Origin: Chrysomallon squamiferum
Lineage: Eukaryota > Animalia > Mollusca
Length of the DNA stretch: 64,000 nucleotides
Reading direction: 5' to 3'
Assembly (NCBI GenBank): GCA_012295275.1
Contig: CM022671.1
Coordinates: 13,578,001-13,642,000, forward strand
The notes under the pieces: generated by a model
What the model saw: only the letters and a program-made list of their open reading frames with translations
Told to the model about the DNA's origin: nothing
The model's database searches: none
Program-made: the position numbers and the translations under genes
Shown here: positions 37,320-51,762 of the stretch, piece after piece
Layout of the letters: every line of letters begins with the position of its first letter
Position numbering within the stretch: position 1 is the stretch's first letter

Positions 37320-38511
37320 TAGTTATTTACTACACTTAAATCAAAAATTGAATTTTTTTTATACACTAGGTGCAATAATAATATAACAATGGACAATATG
37401 CTTTACTTTTTAATTTATCAGTGACCATCTCTTACTGTTTGCTTACATTTATGATTATTTTTATTTATTAGTGTTTATAACCAATTATTTTAGCTCATCC
37501 ATCTATATTTTGGGTTACAGAATTGTATATGTTAATCGTGTATGTTTGTTAGAGATATAAGTATTTCATATGTGAGGCAGTAGTAAACACACATAATAAT
37601 TATTGATATAAAAAGGTAAAAAATATTTGTTTTGTGTTGCCGGGTTTGACTGTCACCAAGAATCTATAAAAATTTCAACTTTTCAAATTTGAACAAATTT
37701 TCCTTGATTATAGAAATATTTTTAAAATTCATCAAGATTCTTCAAGTATTTTACTATTATTATTGTTGTTGTTATTTTTGTTACTGCTGTAATTAACAAT
37801 AATGAAAAAAAATAACATTAAATATATTATTGTTACAATTTTTATTATTCTTGTTATTATTAGTTATAGTTCTAGTAGTAATAGTACTTCAGCCACTGTC
37901 ACTACAACTGTTATCACTATTAATATTACTGTTATTATCACCATCAGATACACATACAGACAGAAACTAATACATTTAAACACACACACACATGGTGAGT
38001 AATTATGATATTTATAGTACAAAAGTGTTTTATTCTGTTGATTTATTATAACTGATATCATGCTGCTTTAATCAAATATATTATGAAATTGCCTGTACTT
38101 GTTTTAGGTGATATAAAACAGTTTTCAGTGTTTATATAGATTTTCATCATTTCTTTCTGTTGTTGTGTTAAGTTTATTCACTGCATCATTTTAATGAATT
38201 TGTATTATTAAATTTATTTTTAAAATGTATTTACATTTTAGTTTTGATTTACTGCAACTGTTATTTCTACTACTAATTTTTTTACTACAACCAACCACTG
38301 TTATTATTTACTCATGCTATCAGATTAAATTTGTGTTGTATGATTTATAATCAAAATAATATTTGATCTGCCTGTGATATATATATAATAATCAGTTATT
38401 TTAGTTTTCATTTTAGTCTTGTAATACCTGTGATATATTTTATTACTTCATATCTTTATCTTTATCAAGTATTTGTATCATATCTGGGACTTATTTATTA
38501 CACATACATAT

Positions 38512-38557
<46 letters not shown>

Positions 38558-39059
38558 TAACATACATTACATCATATTACACGCATAGATATATTAGTAT
38601 GTTAATTTTAATTTTATATTTGTATTATTTTTACAATATACATAATTTAATATATAGAAATGGCAGCCTTATTGGTTTTATGTATTTATTAGTACATTTA
38701 GTTGTAAATAAATATTTTGTTGTAGCACGTTAGATAATTATATAAGATTACTGAAATAGATTTATAATCTATAGAAAAATGATGAAATATTTTACAAAAA
38801 TAATGTGCAACAGGTTGTGAAATAAACTGTCAAATCAGACACTCTAGATTATTTTATTTCATTTTATTTCATTTTTAATTTAGCTATTACTGAAGGTACA
38901 ACAACATATATTTTGGGAGGAATATTTTTTTTTAATACCTTGGTGAGAGATCACTATTATAATACTGAGAGATAAATGGTGAAAACTACAAAAAAAAAGA
39001 AAAAGAAAAAAAAAGGGTAAAATGAAAATTTATTGTAAAATGTTTATAGTTAGAGCATA

Positions 39060-39838
39060 CCGTATATACTTGTGTACATGGCGACCTTATGTATAAGTCG
39101 ATGTGTATTTTAAGACCAAAAATTGCGTCATTTTAGGTATTACTTGTGTATAAGTCGACTGTAGATTCCAGGCACCGTCACTATTTTTAGACCAGTGTGA
39201 CAGTGCCATGAAGGCCTCCATTGTACGCCTACTGTAACATAACTTGCACGAACATACCATAATAACGTAAATGCATGTATTACACGAGCTATAGCCTAAA
39301 TGTATCATAAATAGTATCTCTTTAATGTAATAGGTCTAACATGGAGACCTAACTTACCGTTATATTTAGCCGTTCTATGATTTACAAAATTTGTCGGTAG
39401 TGGATATTAATGACGATTGCAATATTATTTCACCAAATTCTTTACAATTAAACAAGTGAGTTTTGTTTATGAAATTAGGACCGATATTTAGTGCAATTTG
39501 GCAGAGAAGTCTGTATTCCTAGATCATTGCAAGACGCCGTAAGGCATAACGCCGTACTGACGGTTCTCTTGCTTATGTCATTAAACAGAAGAATATCATG
39601 TTTTACATTCATACTTGGTTTTGTTATTTAATTTTTCAAAATTTTTTATACGATAAAAGTATATTTTTGAAAAGCTGAAAGACCGCGATTATTTTAGATG
39701 CATCCCGTAGCAAAAAATAGTCAAAATGGTGACTCTTCAGCAACAGCTACAAAAGCATTACCTATGTATAAGCCGACCCCCAAAATATTACCTTAATATA
39801 GTCTCCCAAAAATTCGACTTATACACAAGTATATATGG
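39060..39838. mobile_element. Non-autonomous Tc1/mariner-pogo superfamily element (~780 bp)
   Basis: TA at both flanks (39058-59, 39839-40). TIRs CCGTATATACTTGTGTA / TACACAAGTATATATGG, with internal repeats of GTATAAG(T/C)CGA. No transposase ORF. Confidence 0.85.
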
Positions 39839-41451
39839 TAATTTAAACAAATGTGAAATATTACATAAACATTTTAAAGTGTTTTGTAAAGTACACATTT
39901 TTTTCTCATGTTATTGAACATTGCATTATTGATAGTTTGTTTTATGTCAATTTCACTTTAATAACAATAATAAATAAAAAGGAAGATGACATTTAAAAAA
40001 GGAACAATTTTGATAGATGAAATATATATTTTAAAATTATCTACTGTACACAACTTGGTTATGTTAAATGTTCTGACAGTTTACTAAATGAGACATTCAT
40101 TCTATGTTATATGGCCCTTCCTATTATTAATACTACTGTAATAGTGGAAAAGGATATTTATAAATATAAATAAAATGGAAAGTTTTTATTATTTTAAATT
40201 AACTAGTCCAGACAGAACTTTGGCTTATCTGTACACACACTCTGAAAAAAAAAATTTAAACAATTATAAAAACTGAAAACTGGTTTTCGAGTATTTCTTT
40301 AGACATGTTATTCCCTTTTATTATTTTAATACACTATAACAATTGTAACTCTTTATTTATGTAGATGCATTGTTACTGTCTTTATTATTTATTACTATTG
40401 CTATTAATATTATCATAGTCATCATTATTAATATCATCATGATCATCCTCATTACCTTTATTATTAGTGGTAGTAGTAATAATAATAATTATAATAATAA
40501 TAATAATATCATCATCTGTATCAAAATACTTTACTGAAATGCATTTTGTTATCTTCACTAACAAATATGTAAATCATAACAGAAGCTGTGTTTCAATTAT
40601 TCATTAGACATTATTTTAAATGACTGATATGTTCATTCATATAAATACACTGAATATTCAAGACACCATGAAAATTACCTGCATTAAAATTTGTTTCATG
40701 GTAAATGAATTTGTATGTTGGTTTATTATTCTGTTAGAAGCCTGGTTCACTTCTTCATCAGGGAAATGATTAATAGGCCAAACCTGAAAAAAGACATCTA
40801 AAAGTTTTATTATCTGGTTTTTCAGTTGTTGTTGTTGTTTTGTTTTTTTAATTTATAATGATATAAAGTTATAAAAACAAAGGAAATTTTAACTATTTTT
40901 TCTTTCTTTTTTTCTGGATGAACTAACACGGACTTGTGTTTTAAAAATATCTGTTTATAACTGAGAGCAAATCTTTGATAGACAAACTGTATGTATGGCA
41001 TTTACCTTTATTTGCAGTTCTTCAAAAAACACTTGTGCAGATACAGTATGAATTAATTCCACTGGAAGAGCAGTACATTCAACAATATATGGTCATCAGA
41101 TTGATTGGTTCTATAATCACTGAATAACTATTACATTTCCTAAAATAATATTCATGCATGTTATAATTACTGTTTAAATATAAAGCACAATGATATTCAG
41201 ATACACACAAATATCTTCAATATGTTTATGCACTTATATGCACAAATAGGAGCAACAGAGAACTGTGAATGGCTAAAATATTGTTAACAGAACTCTTTTA
41301 ATACAAGTATTGGAAAGTCACTTTCTCAGTTAATACAAATGGATAGAAAGATTAAATTCTGTATACCATGTAACATTTCAAACTGACCTTCCCTTGCAAG
41401 TCTTACACTCAAACATTTATCACTGAAAATACTGCATTTCATACAAAAATC

Positions 41452-41750
41452 TATTATGAATTAACTAAAATTATCTAATCTTTTTGTTTTGTCTTTGTTT
41501 TTTCCCCCAAGTTTATTTTTATGTTTTGCAATAATAATAATGATGTTTATTATAATAATAATTTCAAAGAAGGAATAAAATTAAACAGCTGGGAAATGTT
41601 CAAAGTGTGTGTTATTATGAATTAACTAAAATTATCTAGTCTTTTTGTTTTTTCTTTGTTTTTTTCCCAAATTTATTTTTATGTTTTGCAATAATAATAA
41701 TGATGATTATTATAATAAAAATTCAAAAAAAAAAAAAAAAAAAGAAGGAA
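41452..41750 (+). repeat. Local ~161-bp tandem duplication
   Basis: TATTATGAATTAACTAAAATTATCTA...TTTATGTTTTGCAATAATAATAATGATG starts at 41452 and 41613. Confidence 0.85.
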
Positions 41751-41774
41751 AAAACATTTTGCCTATACATAATT

Positions 41775-42376
41775 TGAGCCTTATATATTAAACTGTGCTT
41801 ACGAATGTATAAATGCATTAATTAATACTAACTGTTAAGGCAAAAATTTTAAGAACATAACTTTTTTTCTGTATGATATCCATTCATATTAAAATACATT
41901 ACGATTTGAAAATAATAATAACGATTATTTCAGTGATGATGATGATGATGATGAAGACGACAACGACGAGGACAATGATGATGATAGCGATAACGAAGGT
42001 GATGATAATGATAAATAAATAATTTTTAACACTTGCTAACAACGATAGATCTTTACTCGATGATTCCACAATTATGTGACAATAAGATTGAGTATCCAGA
42101 TGAATTCTGTTTTGTAAGGCATAATTAACACAAAAATTAAATAATAATAATAATAATAAGGACACTCTTTAAAAGTTAAAATTTTAAAATTATGTAGAAC
42201 ATCGATAATTTTAATTTGTTTTAAATTAGAAACTGCTTTCAATAAAATTACCTACACTGTACTGAAAAAAAAAGGGACATAACTATTGTATCTTAAATAT
42301 TTTTCTCGTTCCTGTAACGAAGGGGAATAACTCAATTAAAATTATTCAAGGAGGTAAAACAGCCGTTAAATGTTCA
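41775..42376 (+). repeat. Diverged copy of the SUV39H upstream region (7421-8000)
   Basis: Colinear similarity that ends where the SUV39H core promoter motifs lie; those motifs are mutated here. Confidence 0.88.
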
Positions 42377-42882
42377 GTGTGTGTGTATACGGAAACCGAT
42401 ATTACTCATTATAGTCTATAGATACATAATCATGCCTAAACATCAACGTTCTTTTCTTAACTGCAGTAATTAAAAATACAATTTTCAACACAAATCCTTA
42501 CCTTCTATTTCCTCCGTAGAGCACTAACCTCCTATGATAACTTGTTCCGTTATCCAAGCGATAATTCTTTGACGTAACGGTTCTGAAAGTTGGCTGGATT
42601 CACTTTAGCGCTACTAAATTAGCGAACTCTTTGTCCGATGCGGAATGATGTATAACAAATTCCATATTTCTAAAATAAATTGCATTATTATATATTTGAA
42701 ATTTTATTTTTGCCATAGATCTGAACCACGTATGCTTTATTTTATTTAAAACTGAATATGTTTTATATCTTAGAAGCTTAAACTTATGAAACTGTGAACT
42801 ATTTATTTAAAACAACTGACGTACGATAAACTGTTTGCTGGCTTTCACAGCGGCAGGAATTGTTCACTGCCTTTATTTCATT

Positions 42883-45089
42883 GTGGCGGGATTACAATTT
42901 TGTTTTTTTTTGTTTAAGAAGTTAGGTTTTGGAGCTAAATTTGACTTTAATCGCTACCCTGATGATGCAGAACGTTTAAAGTTATTAACTGTATAAATGC
43001 ATAGTTTATAAAAATAATATAAATAAGTAAATAATTTTGTAATATTAGTAAAGTTATGGTTGTTTGTTGTTTTATTATTATTAATGTAAACTAATGATGT
43101 AAAGCATATACATTAATATCTGTTTTTAAATGACTTTCTTACACTCTAATCATTCTGTATAATAATGTATATCATAACAAAATGATTCATTTAAAAATAC
43201 TCGCAATATTGACCATACAACAGAAAGGAATCAGACATCACACATAGAGGAAACAAAGGAATGAAAGAAAGTGAAAAACAATTATCTAAATTAGTTTTAT
43301 TTAAGATTTTTTTAGTATTATAAATATGGATGTCATTTCAGTTCAGTCCATACTGTTCCTTGCATCAAATAAAACCATTATGTTTGCTTTAACAGTTTTC
43401 ATTTTCCATGACAATGAATAATTTTACAAATCTTTTTTCATAATCCAGTAACAGAAAAAAAGGACTGCAGTAAAAATGTATGAGAAAACATCATGAATAA
43501 TTTATTTTTATTATTTATTTTTTTCCTTCCTTCCTTTTTTTTTTTCTTTCCTGATTTATTTAGTTATATAGTCATTTATTTAATTTAAAGAACAGTGGAA
43601 AAGAAGCTGAAAAGACTGAACTTCATCTCCTAGGTAACATCACTTCATCAGGAGAACTTGGTCTGCAAACTCCAGACTTAAGAAGAAGACCAAGAAAAAA
43701 ATAAGAGCTACATTAGCTGAACTGAAGCAAGAAGAGGTATGATTTAAAAATAAAAAGTAACATTTATTTCTAAGATTACTAAAATATATAAATAACTGTT
43801 CTAATGCTGATTTTGGTAAAAGAAAAAAAAATATCTTAATATATGTTGAATACTTTGATATAATAACAAATATTATATAAGAAATATTATATATAAGAAA
43901 TATAAAGGAACCTACTTTACATCCAATTTTGTAGTAATACGATATCACATTATAGTTAATACTGAGAAATTGTGAGAGAAACTAAACACAAAATAATTAT
44001 TAATTAGAAATTTATTTTTAAAATGTAATAATAAAACTCTTAAATTGAGAAGAATTTTTTTTAATTATTATTATTTTTGTTTTTCAATTTACTCGATCAT
44101 TTCTAACTATTTAATTTGTTTACAGATTAATCATTTATGCAATGTAAACAAGATCCATGTTTACAGCACTGGGCTACTGAACACCCACACCCATACAGAT
44201 GCACACATTCTAGTTATGCTACATGTATGTATATTCAATTTTTCTTTTTGTTGATAGTAGTGATGTATTTTCAATGGTTTTAAATATTTTTGTGTTTAGA
44301 TAAAAATACACCAAAAAGAACATTAATCACAATAGCAGTTTATATAAGCAACAAAAGATAATAACACAATGGTTGATTTCATATAGATAGAACTTTCAGG
44401 ATATGTTATTATTTTACCATTATTCCTTTAAAGCATACTCATATATTCTGTTTGAAATTCTGCTTCTCATGTCTGTTATATTATTAGTATTTATGAATCG
44501 TGTTTCAGAGACAAGGTTTGATGGCTTATGCTCCCACAGGTTCAGGTAAATCAGCAGCTTTCGTTATTCCAATTTTCCATCATCTCAAAAAACCTTGGAT
44601 TCCAAGCTCTCATCCTCACACCCACCAAAAAATTTGCAAAACAGGTTAAAAATATCTAATTTTAAAGGTACTGGGTGACAATATTGTTTTGAGGGTTATG
44701 TCCTTCCTCAAAAATAAAATAATAAAAAATATATAATTTACTTCTTTATCTAGATTGCATACTTAAATTTTTTATCAATATTTAAAAAATGAAATCTAAG
44801 TTGTTTAATAAAGTTAGTACTTTTTAATTATTTTTTATTCATAGTATTTTTCAGTAAGCTGTTTTGCACATTTAATTTATGGATTGTTTCTGAGTTAATG
44901 ATTGTATTTTTATCTCATTTTTGTAATATTTTGATTACTTTTAATTTCTAAAATCTCTCTCTCTCTCTCATTAAAAACTAATCATTTGTTTATTTTTTTC
45001 ATTCTTTGGCAGTGGTATTATTATAATAATAATAATAATAATAATAATAATCATGATCATAATCATAATCATAATCATAATCATAATTA

Positions 45090-45128
<39 letters not shown>

Positions 45129-45289
45129 GACTACTATTCAGTTTACAGTCATTTCATTAAATAAAATAATTATAAAAATAATATAAAAGTATTTTATCTC
45201 TTTTCAGATGTAATGGTTACAACTCCAGAGTGGTTTACTTACTAAAACAGACTCAGGCTCCTCCGTTAGTAAACCTCAGCAAGTAACTT

Positions 45290-45325
<36 letters not shown>

Positions 45326-47147
45326 TGTGTTGTAAAATAAATCATAACTTTATTACAGAAACATTGTAACTAAACATTAAATTTAATTTTAATGTATACA
45401 GTTATTCCAAATTTTACTTGTTCAGAGACAAATCATGAAACAAGTATGTATCATTTTGAAATGAACACTTCTTACATTATTTTGTTATTTTTATTTACAG
45501 TATTGAGAGGCTTGTAGTGGATGAGACAGACAAATGATTGCATGAAGGCAAAACTGGATTTAGAGATCAGGTTGAGATAAAGTATTTTTTATTTAGTGAA
45601 TATGTTGTTAATCGATTTTACACACTTTTTTTCATTTATTATTTATTAATTTTCTTTTCTTTTGTTACTACCAATAATATTACTGCATATTTTAAAATGT
45701 CTTTTAATTATTGTCTGTTGCTTTCTATTAATAGTTACCTGAATATGTGAAATATTTGTTAGAATTCAGTATCTTTGTTATAAATAATTAGATTATAAAA
45801 AAAATGTTAACTGCAATGCATGGAATCAATTACAGATTAATGAAATATTTTATTTATTTTTTATTTGTATTTTTTTTTTTATACCAAATATAATTTAAAA
45901 TTTTTGCAGACATTCAGCAACAGAAAATGTAGAACAGGAATTGTTGTTTGTGAGTACAGAGTGCAAGAAATTAATGGCCAAAAAGAAAATTTCAAACAGA
46001 AGGTAAAAGTATGAATTTTCATCTTTTAAATTACAATTTTAAAAATAAATAAATAAGTAACCCCCACCCCAAAAAATAATAAACATAAAAAAGCAACCAA
46101 TTAAATAAAATAAAGTAAACAAACATACACCAGAAAATCTTGATGTTTAAGAGAATCAAAGAATAAGATTATTTTCATGATGTTTAAAGAGTACAGGGAA
46201 TGCAGCCAACTGAGTTAATTTTTTTTCGGTACAAGGAAAAAACAAAAACACTTTTTCATGAATTTTATAGACAGTTAAGCAATAAGGAAGAATTCATAAT
46301 TATTAGTTAACATAAATATATATTTTCTTGCCATATTCGTGAGAATGTATATACAAATTTCAAATATTTGTTACATAATTAATTTACAAATTAATTCAGC
46401 AAGATAACATAGTTGTAAAGTTTCCGATGTGGAAAGATTTGGGTGTTAATCTCTACAAAGATGATATATTTTATTCTTGTTATTATTGTTATTTTTTATA
46501 TTTTATTATTATTATTATTATTATTGTCTTTTTAATTCTGTTGTTCATTTAGTTTATGATAGAAACATAAATGTAATATTAAATGTTGATTATAAATTAT
46601 ATACAGTTTTATTTTGTCAAATGCCATATTATAAACATATTTATTTATTTTTGTTATTTATTTATTTATTTAAAATTTAATTTGTTTTTCTCTTTAAATT
46701 TTAATAGATACATAAATATAATATTAAATGATAATTATAAATTATACAATTTTATTTTATTAAATACCAAATTGTAAAGATACTTATGTTTTATTTTATT
46801 TATTTCCTTATTTATTCGAATTTAAAAAAAAAAACAATTTCTCTTTAATTTGTGATAGATATATAAATACGTTAAAAGATAATGATAAGCTGTATGATTT
46901 TATTTCACTAAATGCTTTGAGAGTTATCGAGATTCTTAATTTTCTGCAAACTGTTTCGTTGTACCATAAAATTCCATTTATTATAGCAGAAAACTTATAA
47001 TTAGTTATTTGTTGTTGTTTTTTGGCTTTGTTTTTTTAATTTATTATATTATTATTATTCTTTACAGGTAGAAAGGGTTGTTCAGGAAACAGGACAAAAG
47101 CAATTTCTTTCTTCAGAGAGGATGACACAATAAATCGCAGACTTTAA
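42883..47147 (+). pseudogene. DDX52: Unprocessed DDX52/ROK1 DEAD-box helicase pseudogene
   Basis: Ordered exon remnants: ~42883-42980 (LFKKLGFGAKFDFNRYPDDAERL; likely start is GTG), 43591-43736, 44126-44224 (INHLCNVNKIHV..TPTPIQM), 44509-44644 (APTGSGKS..ALILTPT), 45208-45282 (DVMVTTP), 45501-45570 (LVVDETDK*LHEGKTGFRDQ, TGA at 45535), 45910-46002 (ENVEQELLFV), ~46197-46270, ~46399-46465 (GKIWVLIST), 47068-47147 (GRKGCSGNRTKAISFFREDD). Multiple stops, frameshifts and missing exons. Confidence 0.92.
46550..46910 (+). repeat. Three degenerate ~145-bp AT-rich tandem copies in a DDX52 pseudogene intron
   Basis: Recurrent ATAGA(A/T)A(C/T)ATAAAT...GATTATAAATTATA-like motif near 46559, 46704 and 46855. 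Confidence 0.55.
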
Positions 47148-48521
47148 TAACAATAGTAAATTTATTTTTTTCATTATTTTAATTTTATTAAAATTATTAT
47201 TATTATTTATTTTATTTTTTTCAAATAAGTCACCTACATGTCAAACCTTTCAATCTCCTTTTTCTGTTTTTGTTTTTAGTTGTGGGGGTTTTCTTTCTAT
47301 CCTTATTTATTTAGTTAGTTGGTTTATGATACAAAACATTTAGGGGATTTGTAATTACTTATTTAAAATTACTTATTCTTATTTTCATTATTATAGTTGA
47401 TCACAGCAGTAATGTGGAAAAGATAAATGCACTAATAAATGAACAATTAATTAAAATTATTTGATTAAGGTAATATAAGTGTTAAATCATTCTCAATAAT
47501 TTTCATTTATATAATAAAATTAAAAGCATTAATATAAAAAACAATTTTTTTTATTTTTATTTTTGACTTCAGAACAAGTTTAACTTATGAGCTATACAAT
47601 TATAGATAGGTATTTCGGTTGGTCATTTGAATACCACATGAACAGCTACATATTTTAAAGTATCATGGATTATATGTTATAAGTAATGCTTTGTAGTAAG
47701 TCAGCATATGGGCTTTGTATGTGTCATTAAACTGTTCCTATCACTGTATTACTATCAGTACCATTTAGTTAATTCTCATAAATTTTCACATAATTAGCAA
47801 AAATTGATGTCTCATTCACCGTTACCAAGATGAATCTTTTTTTTTCTTCTATTTTATGACTATGACCGTCAAGTATGTAATTTTGCAATTGATCCCTACA
47901 TGTACTGAAATTCACTGTGCTATAAGTTTGGAAACATTTCCAATAGGAATAGTGAATCAATACAGTTTTAATTTATAATAAGGTGTGGTCACATTGCATA
48001 TGTTGCCATGCAGTACAACCTGTAATTGTATATTTTATTCCTATTATTATTATTATTTGCTTACAATGCTTTTACTTAGAAAATCTATATATAACTACAT
48101 GTTACTGATGTTTGTAATCATTCTTTGTGTGGTGATGTTCCTGCCACTATTTCCCATACATTATCTGAAAACATCATATAAGTGTAAAAATGAGCATGGT
48201 ATGTTACTATGTGCTATAAAATGATATTCCAATTGTCACTTATAAAAATTTATAAAACTGATGTTTTAACATGAAATGACACTTTCTAAATAATTATGAG
48301 AAAACATGATAAAAACATTATTTCTGTCTAACAAAATGGATTGCATTTCTAAACCTACTTTAAAAATCTAAATAAATAAATATATTTGCTCTCACTGACA
48401 CGAGCAAACTGTGTATATAATCTGTGATGTCTGCTAAAAAAATTGGCAAATATTTATTGAGTAATATTTATATATTGAAGTGTCATCTGTCAGATTTATG
48501 TTGAATATACCTTTCTTTTAG

Positions 48522-49460
48522 ATGTTGAGATCTGAGTTTAAATTAAGGATGCAAATGATGTTAAGAATTGAGTGAAAAGGTATGGTATTGTTTCAATGGT
48601 TCATTGGTGGCAGTTGTTTCAAATTACTTTCCTTGTCCAAATGGTCACATATACGTTTTTTGCATAGTACATTAAGTTTTAAAAAATAAAAAAAGATAAA
48701 AATGAAATATATAGGATTAATCTTCTCACCAATGTAATAATCATCTATATTTCTATTTTACATTTCAGCAGAAGATGAATTTTTCTTTGACCTCACTCAG
48801 ATTAGTTTGTCACTGCCTACAGACACAAAAGAAGAATCCAGGTCATCCAGTTTTCAATAATAATAACATGCTAACAACATTATTACAATACTGGATGATT
48901 TTAAAAGGAAAATGTAAACATGTCGCAGAAGGTAAGAAGAGAGAGACATTAATAACTTTATAAATAGCAATGGTGTATAGAACATATGGCTATGAATAGA
49001 GAATTACACCTTAGATATATTTTTATTTATTTCTGCACTAGTTTACATTTATGAATCATAAAAATATTGCAAAGGTAACTTTATGTTTTTGTTAAATTGT
49101 TTTTCTGTTTGTTTTTGGTTTTTTGCTTAACCTCTTTAAGCAAAAATTATAAATAAAAATTTAGATAGGAGACTGGTATATGAAGAAGGTAAGTGAAGAA
49201 GAATTGTCCTGGATGATTAATATAATTATTTTAATTTACTTCTTACTCTGCATCGTCTGCTTCTGTTTAATTGATTCATTTCTATTTTATTTTTATAAAA
49301 TTTATTGTGATTTATTAATGGTGAATTACAGAAAGCATTTTTCTTCTTTCACTAGATATGTCAGAACAGAAGAAAATAATTTGAGAGGTATCAACAAGAA
49401 GAATGCATTTGAAAGTGGAATCCAAGAATGATGATTTGTGGAAGAAGAAGGATACTTAAA
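48522..49460 (+). pseudogene. Exon-like remnants of another unidentified gene or lncRNA
   Basis: Purine-rich exon-like segments at ~48522-48579, 48769-48931, 49166-49187 and 49356 onward, with AG acceptors and (first three) GT donors. In-frame stops; no recognisable family. Confidence 0.3.
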
Positions 49461-50117
49461 ATATGAAATTCATTGATACATTTCATTTTTGAGGTGTATA
49501 TTCAGTATTGTATGCGTTACATTCTGCTGTTTCTAAAATGTGCAGATGTCAGTTTTATAAAGTGGTGTTGATGTACTTTTGTCAGTTCTTATCATTTCAA
49601 GGAATGGGCTGCAGTTAACTGATCTGTCCTCATTAGGACAATTAAGTTATTTCCTGTTGAAGCCATTCCTCCTTTCAGATGCAAACAATGTTTTTTTTTT
49701 TTGGGGGGGGGGGTTTGACTCTGAAGATTTTTAAAATATCTTATTGAGCCCATAGAAAGACAGCAGCAATAAAAAAATAATTTACTACATGACAGTAGTT
49801 AATGTTTAACAATAAAGATGTTAAAGAAATATTGTTTTTCTCATTTCTTGATTACATTATTTTTTGAAAACAAAGTAAAGAACTCTGATAGCATAGGGAT
49901 TCTTTCTTCTTTTGTTTTTTCTTTTTAACCAAACTGACATGTACATGACACATCTATGTTTGTGGTAATGGTTTTTGCTGTTCTAATTGTAATTTAATAT
50001 CAAACAAACAAATATACACAGAATATACTCACAGAAAGAATATATAGACTAATAGAGAGACAAAGAAACATTAAATTGTTTAAAGTGTAAATTTGTATAT
50101 TATAAATAATATAATTA

Positions 50118-51723
50118 CTGTATATCTAGTGATAGAATATCACCGTACAATTCCCAAGTAGTCCAAAGGCCAAAGAGTTCACTTTGTAATAGTTATAACT
50201 GGAATGTATCTCTGTAAGTAATTTCTCACACTTTTGATTTCCTTAAAACTTTCACAGATATTTACTATTTAAAATATTAACTTCATTTTAATTATTTTAA
50301 GCAGGACTGTATACATGTTTTTATTTAAAATTAAACAAATTATTATTAATTTTTTTAATTTCTAATGATGCTGAAATGTTAATATAAACAAATATATTTG
50401 GGGAGTGTATATAAGTAGAGGTTTTAAGAAAACAAAAACAAAATTGTAATAAACAATGATGACAAGATATTATTTGAAAACTTATAAAATTAATATTAAG
50501 TTTCAAGAAATAACTGATACGGTTTCATAAAAAGAATTTTAAAAAAATAAAAAATAAATAATAGTAAGGTGTCATAAAATACTCAAAAAATAAATACAAA
50601 TGCAACAATAAGGTGCCATAAAATACACAAATTCTCCTCCCATAAAAAAACATAAATAACTACTTTCTGTTAGTGACCAAAGTTTGACATTATCAACTGC
50701 TCTCTTACATGATCACTATATAAAAACTATATCAGTGATTTCTAATGTCAGTGAACAATACCTGACAGTTTTCTAATTTAACTGTTCAGTAGTGTACAAT
50801 GGGTTGGTTGTCAGTTACACAGTTGTAATTCCAGAATTTTGTCCAGTCCCATAAAGAAAAAATCTGAAAAATAAAATATTTGCATACTGGAAGAGAAATT
50901 TTTTAAAAAGAACAAAACAAAAATAAAATATTACCGTCTATAAAGTGAATGAAATCTTCAGCATTAATTCATTCCGTTTCAAACTAGAGCTACTGATATT
51001 TACATTTAAGTCTTGTTAGGGATTTCAGAGAGAGAAAAAACTGGTTATATATAGCCATTATCTACTTTATTAAATGAAAATCTAAAACTGCCAATTACAT
51101 GATACCAATTTTCACGGGAACTGAAGAATGAAACTGAATTGGCTTCACAACAAACTAATCAATACAAATTTGTTTTCAGATAATAACCATATTAAGACTG
51201 TTTTTCACAATATGGCTGTTTACTATAAAACAATTTACAAATTTATAATAATAATAAAAAAAGTTTCATATGAAAATACTAAGATGTTTTAATTAATATT
51301 CAATTATACTTTGGTTATTTTAAAAACATATACTTTTTTAAAAGAAAGTTTTGATAACTTTATTATTTGTTTTTTAATTTAAAAGTAGTAGAATGACAAC
51401 ACATGCTGATGCAGCACTTTTCCTGGTAACTGCACCCATTACACGATATGCTGAATTAACATAGAAAAGCGTACCTGCAACAGCAACGAATACTTAAACT
51501 GCCATCCACATCAGACAACGGTTCCATTTTATCCTTTTGGAAAGTTGTGAAACACTGACGCAAGTCCATCAGTTTAGGCAGAAGTGTATCCAGCATTAAC
51601 ACAGAACACATGCAGCTATCGTATTTCCTGGTATATTATTATATACATTCCAATTTTTCCTCAAACAGTATCTGTTTCTCCTCTTCTATTACTATATCTT
51701 CAGTCGACATAAGCCGTGAATAA

Positions 51724-51762
<39 letters not shown>

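Larger units (their letters stand above)
40679..42665 (-). pseudogene. Unidentified multi-exon pseudogene (copy A), head-to-head with the DDX52 pseudogene
   Basis: Minus-strand exons with GT donors, and AG acceptors on internal exons: 42665-42502 (MEFVIHHSASDKEFANLVAL, frameshift, SESSQLSEPLRQRIIAWITEQVIIGG*CSTEEIE), 41422-41388 (DKCLSVRLARE), 41119-41006 (..PYIVECTALPVELIHTVSAQVFFEELQIK, frameshifted) and 40783-40679 (35 open codons). Confidence 0.55.

Noticed and set aside
37802-38733. Short hydrophobic ORFs rich in I/T/H/Y
   Set aside because: Translations of (TTA)n and (CA)n simple repeats in AT-rich non-coding DNA.
45535-45537. In-frame TGA in the DDX52 exon as selenocysteine or readthrough
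   Set aside because: The locus has many other stops, frameshifts and deletions, so this is ordinary pseudogene decay.
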